Source: Pristiophorus japonicus
Taxonomy: Eukaryota
Assembly: GCF_044704955.1 (NCBI RefSeq)
Contig: NC_091997.1
Coordinates: forward strand, 83,018,001 to 83,082,000
Reading direction: 5' to 3'
DNA length: 64,000 nucleotides
The translations under genes and the position numbers were made by a program. Shown one piece after another: positions 46,946 through 59,189 of the stretch (position 1 is its first letter; each line of letters starts with the position of its first letter). Under the pieces are notes generated by a model that saw only the letters and a program-made list of their open reading frames with translations, was not told the origin of the DNA and searched no databases.

Positions 46946-47429
46946 GTGGCACTGCCATGTGCTTACACACATGGATAAAATGTAAGTGGTGGGGTAAGGC
47001 GGACAGTAAGTGCTGTGTCGACGGGACTTGAGAAGGACTTAAATTTATTTCCTGCCACCTCAGCTATTCCGTGACCATGTTCGATCCAGATTATAAGTGA
47101 CAACCTTATTTAAGCAGCAGAATGCTCCAATAGAAAAAGGGATGGCAGCGAAGTTAATTGACTTCTGAAAGAGATAACCGCACATAAAGATTTTTGTGTT
47201 TTGTCAGCAATTCCAATCACTGTTCGGACAGCCCTTGTAACGAGGAGCGATAAATGACGGTTGCTCAATAGCTTAACCACTTCACTGATTTGGTGTAACA
47301 ATAATTCAAGGTTACCATACTCCAGAGGGGAATTTGTTCCATCGCAGTCAGCTAACGTTCTCAAATTTAGAGACTAGATTTAGTGGGCTAAATCACGGTT
47401 ACATTTTACACTTATTTTCACCTCTACGC

Positions 47430-47795
47430 TGACGCACCAGTGCAGTACTGAAGAAGCACTGCTCTATCTGAGGTGCCGTCTTTCGGATGCAACATTAAGT
47501 CGAGGCTCCCCTCCCCCTCTGCCCTCTCAGAATGATGGTAAAGATTCCACTGCATTTTTTTATTTGATGAAGAAGCAGGGGAGTTCTCCCCCGTGTCCTG
47601 CCCAATTTTTATTTCTCAACCAACATCACTAAAACAGATTATCTGCTCATTATCACGTTGCTGTTCGTGGGATCATTCTGTGCACATATTGCTGCCGCAT
47701 TTCCTACATTACAACAGTGACTGTACTTCAAAAGTACTTCATGGGGGACTTCCTGAGGTTGTGAAAGGCGCAACATAAATCCAAGCTTTTTTCTT
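47430..47795 (+). mobile_element. Partial diverged DeuSINE
   Basis: Homology to 3100-3470. Confidence 0.75.
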
Positions 47796-50029
47796 TCGAA
47801 TTAGGAATAAAATTGTGAAGAAAAGCGCTCAGATCTTCAATAGGTTCAGAAATTGACCGGAACCTTGACACTCCCATCCAATCAGGACCGTGACATTGCC
47901 TGAAATGTGAAATCCTGCCAATATCCAAGTGATTTCTGATGAAAGCTTCCTGCTTCAAGGAAGGGTTTCCCATTGGCCAGCGTTTGCAGGGGAACTTTAA
48001 GGTGAAGCCAATTGGTTGATAACTTGTCCAACAGATGAGCATGGTGACAATGAAGAAAGCTCTTTTGTTTGAGCGATATGTATCCTGTGTGTGTGCGCTG
48101 TGTATTTAATCCATTGCCCATGGAATTGTTCAGACAAAAGCAAGTGGATGGATGTGGGCACAAATTTTTTATTATAGATTTTCACGCACGCATCCTGAAA
48201 GGTCAATGGTATTTTACTCTTTTGCTTTCAAACGCAAGCCTACTATAGATCACCTTGTTGTCTTGTCTCTCTCTACCTTCTTTCTCCCACTCCCACACCT
48301 CACATGCGAGCAGTGTGCCCTGGACTCCCACAGCCCATTCACCCTGCCTTTGACCTCTCCCAGTGATGTCCTCCACTCTCCAATCCTGGCCCCGATCACC
48401 CGCAGTTTCTGCAATCTCGCTGAAGCCCAGTGGCCTGAGGGAATATTCAACTCGGTCTCCGAGGAGGAGGAAAATGTTTTTCTTCCATCTACGAACTTGC
48501 TTCAACCCATTTCCCCCTCGTCTCACACACACATGGCAATAGTAGTTTTATTTGTCGTGTGTGTGTTGAGGGTATTAGTGTATACTTGTGTAAACAATCG
48601 CAAACCTTTCAAAAGGCTCCTAGAATCATACAGCAGAGAAGGAGGCCATTCGGCCCATCGTGCCTGTGCTGGCTCTTTGAAAGAGTTATCCGATTAGTCC
48701 CACTCCCCGACTCAGTGATTCCTTTTTAAGTATTTATCCAATTCCTTTTGAAAATTAATATTGAATCTTTCAGGCAATGTATTTCAGATTATTATGTGGG
48801 GAAAAAACCTCTCCACTTACTTTTTCCGCCTCTCCTTCCCCCTTACCTTTTTTTTTGCCAATTTTCTTAAATCTGTGTCCTCTGATTATCAACCCTCCTG
48901 TCATTGGATGCAGTTTCTCCCTGCCCACTCTGTCGAAACCCCCTCGTAACAAATTGATGCTTAAAACTGATAGAACTAGAGAATATTTCTTGTACTTACT
49001 GTGGAATGTGAAAATCTTATTCAAAATGACCCGTCAAAGTCTTTATGAATCGTCTTCTATACAGACCAGGACATAACAGTCCTGTTAGAATTGTCAAGGA
49101 GCATGGCTATTTGGGTGGACGAGCCAATTGCTAAACATCCACAGCAAGGCAGCAACTAGTCGTGGATTGGGATGATAATTCCTCCCATTATTAACCCCAA
49201 CCCAACAGCTGCTGGCAACCTCAACCCTGACCGACTGCAGTAAACTCAACTTGTTGCTGTGATTCGAGCTTTATGCCGTTCACTGCCATTGGGAGCCGCG
49301 ATGTGTTGATAGTTGGGGCAGGGAGCTGAGGGAACTGCAACGGGTCAATGACTTTGGATGGTGATGTGGACTTGTAGTCCAGTCACTTGGAAATCGACGA
49401 GAGGCTCAACCCGAGTGTGACTCGGGCAAGCAAAATGCAAGACTGCGGGCAGCACTGACCTGTAAACAATGAGATTAAATACACCCAAGTCAAACCAAAT
49501 TTACTTGCGGAAAAATTAAACTTTAAAAAAAATTCAGTCCCTCACCTGTGCTGCTGGACACCAGACACTGAGAAGTGATTTGGGTGTCTGGACCTCCACT
49601 GCACCACAATTCTCCCTGCGATGAGGCTGAGCTCAGGGTCCTGACGGTTTTGGTGCAGACCCACTCCATTTTGCCAAATTCAATGTATCTTACAAGAAAT
49701 TTCTGTGTTCACCTCATTTTTCGGAAGTGTGCATGGGGTGCTGGGAAACTTCGATGCTTCCTCTTCAGTGTGAATTTGGAGGGGCAGTAAAAAAAAAAAG
49801 TGAGGTTTCACTGAACCATTTTGAGGATTGCTGCAGTGTTCCTGCATTCCATCCTAAAGTAATAAATGTCCTCGTTAAACCTAATGCAGCCGCATGCAAA
49901 ATGGCTGTAAGAGTCTGTCTGCCTCTGATGTTTCACGTAGAAACGTAGAAAGAAACATAGAAATTTACAGCGCAGAAGGAGGCCATTTCAGACCATCGTT
50001 TCCGCGTCGGCTGACAAAGAGCCACACGG

Positions 50030-50380
50030 GACTGGACAGGTTAGACGCAGGAAGAATGTTCCCGATGTTGGGGAAGTCCAGAACCAGTTGTCACAGTCTA
50101 AGGATAAGGGGTAAGCCATTTAGGACCGAGATGAGGAGAAACTTCTTCACCCAGAGAGTGGTGAACCTGTGGAATTCTCTCACAGAAAATTGTTGAGGCC
50201 AATTCGTGAGATACATTCAAAAGGGAGTTAGATGTGGCCCTTACAGCTAAAGGGATCAAGAGGTATGGAGAGAAAGCAAGAATGGGATACTGAAATTGCA
50301 TGATCAGCCATGATCAAATTGAATGGTGGTGCAGGCTCGAAGGGCCGAATGGCCTGCTCCTGCACCTATTTTCTATGTTT
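50030..50380 (+). mobile_element. CR1 3' fragment nested in an oppositely oriented retroelement tail (49945-50400)
   Basis: GLDRLDAGRMFPMLGKSRT coding remnant plus tail, flanked by ACGG at 50026-50029 and 50381-50384. Confidence 0.8.
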
Positions 50381-50468
50381 ACGGCCCTCGGTCAGCAGGC
50401 CTGGGTTCTTAAAAATCATGCCAAGATACTGCTTATAGCAGCTTTTAAATATCCTTTCCTTTTCGCAG

Positions 50469-50560
50469 ATGTTGAATTTCCCAAGGACTACCCGACTGGA
50501 TGCCTGCTGGGCTGTGTGGATATGCAAGACTGCCTGTCCCAAGAGCAGTATCGTGAACAG
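50469..50560 (+). CDS. TRIP4: ASC-1 internal exon, ASCH domain (late exon)
   Basis: (D)VEFPKDYPTGCLLGCVDMQDCLSQEQYREQ versus human DVEFPNDYPSGCLLGCVDLIDCLSQKQFKEQ. Acceptor cctttccttttcgcag|, donor cag|gtaagc, 92 nt. Confidence 0.95.
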
Positions 50561-50610
50561 GTAAGCACAAGTGCTGCCACTAGTCTTGCAGTCACGTCCC
50601 TCCCCAGTTA

Positions 50611-51063
50611 TGCCAGCTGTGGCTCAGTGGGCAGCACTCTCGCCTCTGAGTCAGCAGGTTGTGGGTTCAAGTCCCACTCCAGAGACTCGAGCACATGAAA
50701 TCTAGGCTGACACTCCAGTGCAGTGCTGAGAGCATGCTGCACTGTCTTTCGGATGAGACGTTAAACCGAGGCCCCGTCTGCTCTCTCAGGAGGACGTAAA
50801 AGATCCCACGGCACTATTTTGAAGAAGAGCAGCGGAGTTATCCCCGGTGTCCTGGCCAATATTTGTCCCTCCATCAACATCACTAAAACAGATTATCTGG
50901 TCATTATCACATTGAGGTTTGTGGGAGCTTGCTGTGTGCAAATTGGCTGCCGCGTTTCCCACATTACAACAGTGACTACACTCCAATAGTACTTCATTGG
51001 CTGTAAAGCACTTTGAGACGTTCGGTGGTTGTGAAAGGCGCAATATAAATATAAGTCTTTTCT
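50611..51063 (+). mobile_element. Full-length DeuSINE 50 bp downstream of the TRIP4 exon
   Basis: A and B boxes, Deu core and tail, as at 3005-3470. Confidence 0.85.
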
Positions 51064-52494
51064 TAAAATATGTCAAACAGTATGTGCAGAGGGTGCACCT
51101 TTTTTTTATAAAGGCTTTCATAATCCGTGACTTGTGCGCCAGTGAAACTGGTGCATAAAGAGCTTGTCTGTCTGATTTCACAATACACCGCCACCCGGAT
51201 TTTCATCACTCCTCTGAAAGTGACGGCAACTTCTGAAGTCAGTGCATGCGCAGATAAACGCAGAAATCCAGAGGTTGGTGTCCGTTGTTACCTGCTCCTC
51301 TACAGGTTATGCTGTGGAACTCCCCAGAGTCGGCAATCAATTCAAATCAAAATTCCTGCTGAAACCTTCCCCAATTATACTGAAATATCGCTGCTTGATC
51401 CCCCTGCCCCCACCCAATGTGAAAAAGTTGAAAGAGGTGTAACTGGGTTTTTATTACAACGTATTGACTGCTGAACAACCGTTTTGGCCTTGGAAAAACT
51501 AATTTTGTATTTGTTTGGAATGTCAAATTTTAATATAAGAATTACATGGCTTTTAATATTTTTAAAGTTTGTTTGATATTTCAGTTTCTACCATAATCCT
51601 TATGTGTATGTCCCAATCATTGTTTTGCTCTCTGCAAAATTTATAAAGTAAATTATAATCTGCATTTTACTTCCTGGTTTGCTGTCAGTGCGAATTCCTC
51701 AATGTCATTGGCTGCTTAGCCTGCTTGATGACATCACTGTTGCTGGAGATTGGCTTGTGATTTAGCGCCAGATTCAAACTAAGCTGAAATTCACACCACA
51801 GAGCTGGCTCGATCTTTTTGTGGGCAGCTTTCTTTGAGGTCAGCGGCGTCACTTCGACACTGACCGCAAATTACAGGCCGTTATTTTATGGTCGTCGCAA
51901 CACTTTGCTTTCCTTCCCTCCTCTCTCGAAGGTGGCTGCTCGCTCCAAGGTAAAGTCCTCCTTGCACCAGCAGCCCTCTGGTATTTTGCCCAAGTGTCAT
52001 TCCTGGTGAGTGAGCCCAGTGAATGTACCACTGAAGTGAATGATCCGTTAGCTTGACTGCAAATAGCGATGGGAACAAAGTGCTCTGTTGTATATTCTGC
52101 ACAGCGGACAGGTAGCCCCCGGATTGGTTGAACACGTCACCATCAGTCACCGGGGCAGCTTTTCTGAGTTTTTGTTCCTTTAAACAAACATCCTTTTTTA
52201 AGCCTTTCCAAATTCCTTTTTAGCTTGTAAAGTTCAGCCATGACAAAGTGCTAGTTTGGCAGGACATTTCAGTTCATCCACAAGGATCGTGCTTGCGTCA
52301 GGGTTCCGATAGACTCTGTATAAATGGATTGATTTGCTTTTTCTACATTACAACAGTGACTACATTTCAAAAGTACTTCATTGGCTGTAAAGCGCTTTGG
52401 GACGTCCTGAGGTTGTGATGCAAGTCTTTCTTTCTATACTTTAGCCCGTTTAATTATTCATATAGAAACTGCAAGTAATGAGTGCTGTATGGGC

Positions 52495-53040
52495 ACTGGG
52501 CTATTTCGAAGTCATACGATTACATGGATATACGGCACAGATACAGGCCATTCGGCCCAACCAGTCCATGCCGGCGTTTATGCTCCACTCGAGCCTCCTC
52601 CCGTCTTTCCTCATCTAAATCTATCAGCATAACTCTCTGTTCCCTTCTCCCTCATCTGCTTATATAAACGCCACTTAAATGCATCTGTACGATCTGTTTC
52701 AACCACTCTCTGTGGTAGCAAGTTCCACATTCTCACCACTCTTTGGGTAAAGAAATTACTTCTGAATTCACTATTGGATTTCTTGGTGACTATCTTATAT
52801 TGATGGTCTCTAATTATGCTCTTCCCCACAAGTGGAAACATTCTCTCTGTACCCACTCGATCAAAACCTTTCATCATTTTAAAGACCTCTACTAGGTCAA
52901 CCCTCAGCCTTCTCTTTTCAAGAGAAAAGAGACCCAGCCTGTTCATCCTTTCCTGATATGTATACCCTCGCATTTCTGGTATCAGCCTTGTAAATCTTCT
53001 CTGCAGCATCATCAGTGCCTCTATATCCTTTTTATAATAT
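52495..53040 (-). mobile_element. CR1 3' fragment (another subfamily)
   Basis: ORF 52611..53051 (QRRFTRLIPEMRG..LGLFSLEKRRLR..NFFTQRVV). Confidence 0.8.
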
Positions 53041-53878
53041 TCCCTGAACAATGCAAATGATTAATCTAATATTTTGTAGCCTTTATAGATTGACCATATA
53101 CAGAATGCTGAACTTTGTAAACCAGAATGATTCGAGGAATGGACAAACTCTGGCAGTCACATGACACCTCTCTCTCCCTGTTGCTTCTAGGCATAACAAC
53201 AACCTGCATTTGTGTAGCGCCTTTAATGCAGTAAAAACATCCCAATGTGCTTGTCGATTCATGTTATCACTGCAGTCACCCCAAGCACACTGCACAAATC
53301 ACTGTAAACAGGCAAGACTAATATGGTCAACAGATGAGGGACTGAAGTGAGTGAGAACCAAGATTCAGAATTTTAATTTTTCTTTATCACATGCCCCCTC
53401 AGAATGCTTTATATACTTGAGTGTCAGTCATGGCTCAGATTGCATTCTCGCCTCCGAGTCAGAAAGTCAGGGGTTCAAACTATGAGCATATAATTTAGGC
53501 TGACACTTCAGTGCAGATCTGAGGGAGTGCCAGCTTTTGCATAAACCGAGGCTCCGTCTGCCCCACCAGGTGCACGCACGCGTGGCAGCGCAGTAATCGG
53601 AAAGGTCACGCGTTGGCTTTTACATTGGCCCTAAAATTCCAGTCGGAGCCGCCTTTTGGACAAACGCCTCTGACCGGAGAATTTTTCCCAACATACCTGG
53701 CGGTCCGGGAGGAGCGGGGGATTGCAGTGGGGAGACCTTCACTTCCCGCGCTGCAGAGCATGCTGCCGTCCTCCAGGTTCCCACGCAGAAGGTGCAGTCA
53801 CGTGTGACTGCTCAGCCAATCAGGTACAGCATTCTCATGCAATGGGAACTCCGTACCGACAAGTTCTCATTGCTATTA

Positions 53879-56800
53879 GAAACATAGCAAATAGGTGCAG
53901 GAGTAGGCCATTCGGCCCTTCTAGCCTGCACCGACATTCAATTAGTTCATGGCTGAACATGCAACTTCAGTACCCCATTCCTGCTTTCTTGCCATACCCC
54001 TTGATCCCCCTAGTAGTAAGGACTACATCTAACTCTTTTTTGAATATATTTAGTGAATTGGCCTCAACAACTTTCTGTGGTAGAAAATTCCATAGGTTCA
54101 CCACTCTCTGGGTGAAGAAGTTCCTCCTCATCTCGGTCCTAAATGGCTTACCCCTTATCCTTAGACTGTGACCCCTGGTTCTGGACTTCCCCAACATTGG
54201 GAACATTCTTCCTGCATCTAACCTGTCTAAACCCATCAGAATTTTAAACGTTTCTATGAGGTCCCCTCTCATTCTTCTGAACTCCAGTGAATACAAGCCC
54301 AGTTGATCCAGTCTTTCCTGATAGGTCAGTACCGCCATCCAGGGAATCAGTCTGGTGAACCTTCGCTGCACTCCCTCAATAGCAAGAATGTCTTTCCTCA
54401 GGTTAGGATACCAAAACTGTACACAATACTCCAGGTGTGGCCTCACCAATGCCCTGTACAACTGTAGCAACACCTCCCTGCCCCTGTACTCAAATCCCCT
54501 CGCTATAAAGGCCAACATGCCATTTGCTTTCTTAACCGCCTGCTGTACCTGCATACCAACCTTCAATGACTGATGTACCATGACACCAAGGTCTCGTTGC
54601 ACCTCCCCTTTTCCTAATCTGTCACCATTCAGATAATAGCCTGTCTCTCTGTTTTTACCACCAAAGTGGATAACCTCACATTTATCCACATTATACTTCA
54701 TCTGCCAAGCATTTGCCCACTCACCTAACCTATCCAAGTCGCTCTGCAGCCTCATAGCATCCTCCTCGCAGCTCACACTGCCACCCAACTTAGTGTCATC
54801 CGCAAATATGGAGATACTATATTTAATCCCCTCGTCTAAATCATTAATGTACAGTGTAAACAGCTGGGGCCCCAGCACAGAACCTTGCGGTACCCCACTA
54901 GTCACTGCCTGCCATTCTGAAAAGTACCCATTTACTCCTACTCTTTGCTTCCTATCTGACAACCAGTTCTCAATCCATGTCAGCACACTACCCCCAATCC
55001 CATGTGCTTTAACTTTGCACATTAATCTTTTGTGTGGGACCTTGTCAAAAGCCTTCTGAAAGTTCAAATACACCACATCAACTGGTTCTCCCTTGTCCAC
55101 TCTACTGGAAACATCCTCAAAAAATTCCAGAAGATTTGTCAAGCATGATTTCCCTTTCACAAATCCATGTTGACTTGGACCTATCATGTCACCTCTTTCC
55201 AAATGCGCTGCTATGACATCCTTAATAATTGATTCCATCATCTTACCCACTACCGATGTCAGGCTTACAGGTCTATAATTCCCTGTTTTCTCTCTCCTTT
55301 TTTAAAAAGTGGGGTTACATTGGCTACCCTCCACTCGATAGGAACTGATCCAGAGTCAATGGAATGTTGGAAAATAACTGTCAATGCATCCGCTATTTCC
55401 AAGGCCACCTCCTTAAGTACTCTGGGATGCAGTCCATCAAGCCCATGGGATTTATCGGCCTTCAATCCCATTAATTTCCCCAACACAATTTCCCGACTAA
55501 TAAGGATTTCCCTCAGTTCCTCCTCCTTACTAGACCCTCTGACCCCTCTTATATCCGGAAGGTTGTTTGTGTCCTCCTTAGTGAATACCGAACCAAAGTA
55601 CTTGTTCAATTGGTCCGCCATTTCTTTGTTCCCCGTTATGACTTCCCCTGATTCTGACTGCAGGGGACCTACGTTTGTCTTTACTAACCTTTTTCTCTTT
55701 ACATATCTATAGAAACTTTTGCAATCCGTCTTAATGTTCCCTGCAAGCTTCTTCTCGTACTCCATTTTCCCTGCCCTAATCAAACCCTTTGCCCTCCTCT
55801 GCTGAGTTCTAAATTTCTCCCAGTCTCCGGGTTCGCTGCTATTTCTGGCCAATTTGTATGCCACTTCCTTGGCTTTAATACTATCCATGATTTCCCTTGA
55901 TAGCCACGGTTGATCCACCTTCCCTTTTTGATTTTTACGACAGACAGGTATGTGCAATTGTTGTTGTTCATCCATGCGGTCTCTAAATGTCTGCCGTTGC
56001 CCATCCACAGTCAACCCTTTAAGTATCATTCGCCAATCAATCCTAGCTAATTCACGCCTCATACCTTCAAAGTTACCCTTCTTTAAGTTCTGGACCATGG
56101 TCTCTGAATTAACTGTTTCATTCTCCATCCTAATGCAGAATTCCACCATATTATGGTCACTCTTCCCCAAGGGGCCTCGCACAACGGTATTGCTAATTAA
56201 TCCTCTCTCATTACACAACACCCAGTCTAAGATGGCCTCCCCCCTAGTTGGTTCCTCGACATATTGGTCTAGAAAACCATCCCTTATGCACTCCAGGAAA
56301 TCCTCCTCCACCGTATTGCTTCCAGTTTAGTTAGCCCAATCTATGTGCATATTAAAGTCACCCATTATAACTGCTGCACCCTTATTGCATGCACCCCTAA
56401 TTTCCTGTTTGATGCCCTCCCCAACATTACTCCGACTGTTTGGAGGTCTGTACACAACTCCCACTAATGTTTTTTGCCCTTTGGTGTTCTGCAGTTCTAC
56501 CCATATAGATTCCACATCATCCAAGCTAATGTCCATTCTAACTATTGCATTAATCTCTTCTTTAACCAGCAATGCTACCCCACCTCCTTTTCCTTTTATT
56601 CTATCCTTCCTGAATGTTGAATACCCCTGGATGTTGAGTTCCCAGCCCTGATCATCCTGGAGCCACGTCTCCGTAATCCCAATCACATCATATTTGTTAA
56701 CATCTATTTGCACAGTTAATTCATCCACCTTATTACGGATACTCCTTGCATTAAGACACAAAGCCTTCAGGCTTGTTTTTTTAACACCCTTTTTCCTTTT

Positions 56801-58145
56801 AGAATTTTGCTGTACAGTGGCCCTTTTTGTTTTTTGTCTTTTGTCTTGGGTTTCTCTGCCTTCCACTTTTCCTCATCTCCTTTCTGTCTTTTGCTTTTGT
56901 CTCCTTTTTGTTTCCCTCTGTCTCCCTGCATTGATTCCCATCCCCCTGCCATATTAGTTTAACTCCTCCCCAACAGCACTAGCAAACACTCCCCCTAGGA
57001 CATTGGTTTCCGTCCTGCCCAGGTGCAGACCGTCCGCTTTGTACTGGTCCCACCTCCCCCAGAACCGGTTCCAATGCCCCAGGAATTTGAATCCCTCCCT
57101 GCTGCACCACTGCTCAAGCCACGTATTCATCTGCGCTATCCTGCGACTCCTACTCTGACTAGCACGTGGCACTGGTAGCAATCCCGAGATTACTACTTTT
57201 GAGGTCCTACTTTTTAATTTAGCTCCTAGCTCCTTAAATTCGTTTCGTAGGACCTCATCCCTTTTTTTTTTTAAACCTATGTCGTTGGTACCAATGTGCA
57301 CCACGACAACTGGCTGTTCTCCCTCCTTTTTTAGAATGTCCTGCACCCGCTCAGAGACATCCTTGACCCTTGCACCAGGGAGGCAACATACCATCCTGGA
57401 GTCTCGGTTGCGGCCGCAGAAACGCCTATCTATTCCCCTTACAATTGAATCCCCTATCACTGTCGCTCTCCCACTCTTTTTCCTCCCCTCCTGTTCAACA
57501 GAGCCAGCCACGGTGCCATGAACTTGGCTGCTGCTGCCCTCCCCTGATGAGTCATCCCCCTCAACAGCACTCAAAGCAGTGTATCTGTTTTGCAGGGGGA
57601 TGACCACAGGGGACCCCTGCACTACCTTCCTTGCACTGTTCTTCCTGCTGGTCTTCCATTCCCTATCTGGCTGTGGACCCTTCACCTGCGGTAAGACCAA
57701 CTCGCTACACGTGCTACTCACGTCATTCTCAGCATCGTGGATGCTCCAGAGTGAATCCACCCTCAGCTCCAACTCCGCAGCGCGATCCGTCAGGAGCTGG
57801 AGGCGGATACACTTCCTTCACACGTAATCGTCAGGAACACTGGAGTCGTCCCTGAGTTCCCACATGGTACAGGAGGAGCATAACACGCGACCGAGCTGTC
57901 CTGTCATGACTTAACCCTTAGATAGGCAACAACAATGCTAAAGTTTACTCACTGTTATAGAAGAGAAGAAAGAAAAACTACTCCCCAATCACCAGCCAAT
58001 CACTTACCCCCTTGGCTGTGACATCACCTTTGTTTCTTTCTACTTCTTTTTTGCCTTCTCCCTGTAACTGCACAAGTACGCCTCTCGCTGCCGCTGGGCC
58101 TTTTATAGGCCTCCGACCCCGGACTCGCGCCTCACCAACTGCCCT
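53879..58145 (-). mobile_element. Full-length CR1 LINE (5' UTR, ORF1, ORF2, tail), decayed
   Basis: Flanked by TATTA (53874-53878 and 58146-58150). ORF2 pieces 56327..56866, 55265..56311 and 53967..55250 carry APE and RT motifs. Confidence 0.95.
56954..57907 (-). pseudogene. CR1 ORF1 (zinc finger / coiled coil + SGNH esterase) with one nonsense codon
   Basis: ATG at 57907 gives MTGQLGRVLCSSCTMWE..YV*RKC (TGA at 57820-57818 replaces a Cys). Esterase motifs VIGDSIV, PGA, HIGTND and DGLHL follow. Confidence 0.9.
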
Positions 58146-59189
58146 TATTAATTGAGAAAAAACCCAAACACAATAACACCAAATAAAAAATAAAAAACAC
58201 ACCTCACATAATTAAAGTTAATTGAAATTAAAGTTAATAAATATCTTAGAGAAAATTTTTTTCCGAGTTTTTAAGAAGTTTTTTTAATTATGGTTTGAAA
58301 TAAATTAATGTAGTGGACAGGGTTTTTAAAAATAAAATGTGTTTTTTAAATTTTATTATGTTTTAAGTGTGTTTTAAATCTCTTACGCCTGTAGCAGTAG
58401 GCTATGCGCCTGCTTTTATCAGGCGCAAGAGTATTGAGGACATTTTCTGGGCAAGATATGGGTAAATCCCACAATCGTGCCTGTGCAAATGTCCCCTCTC
58501 CCGATATGTGAAGCTGAAGCTTGACAGATCAGAAAAGCCGGTTTTCAGCACATGCGCATTGTGCGCTGAAAACCGGCTTTTGCGATGCCTTCCCGGGTCC
58601 GTACAGACCCGGGGAGGCCGGGATTTGTGGGCCAACGTAAATACCGTGCATGCGCAGAAAGTTAAAGGCTCTGCATTAAAAGAAACGCCACGTAGCTTGG
58701 AGGGAACATTGGATGTTATTTAAAATACAAGCTTACTCTTTTCTTTCAAAGGCCTGTTTTACTGAGCAAAAGCGTCAATATTGTCCTTTGGTTTTTAAGC
58801 ACGTTCAAATTCAGCATCTTTGACAGCCGAACCCTGTAGAATGATTTCTCCCTGGCTGCCTGCGAAGATCCTAAACCTGCTGGGCCATTCTCTATACAGT
58901 ATCGAGTGACTGTGAGCTAACGGAACAAACCTCTCTATAATTTGCTGCTAATTGGTATTGATGGGCAATCTCGTAGATCATCATTGGCAATTACCATCTC
59001 CGCCACCAGCAATCCTTCCAACTTCTGCACATCGGTGGCTGAGATAATGCTGAATAATGAGCACTCTGTAAATGCCGACTACTGCTACTATGAAAGAGGT
59101 TGGGACTGCAGGTTTCTTTAATTTGGGGCTACCACAACTGCAGAGAGATGTTTAATTTCATCAGCAACACTTCAATTCTCTGGTATCAA

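Larger units (their letters stand above)
53627..58633. mobile_element. MITE-like element (53627-53878 and 58146-58633) split by the full-length CR1
   Basis: Imperfect terminal inverted repeats ggccctaaaattcc..ggatttgtgggcc around a non-coding interior. Confidence 0.45.

Noticed and set aside
45837-46970. Pro-rich ORFs of 172-301 aa
   Set aside because: Low-complexity C/G tracts plus N-gap. The real coding segment (TRIP4 exon 1) is in a different frame and ends at a splice donor.
50300-50698. 132-aa ORF as a stand-alone gene
   Set aside because: Only 50469-50560 is coding (TRIP4 exon); the flanks are CR1 tail, intron and SINE head.
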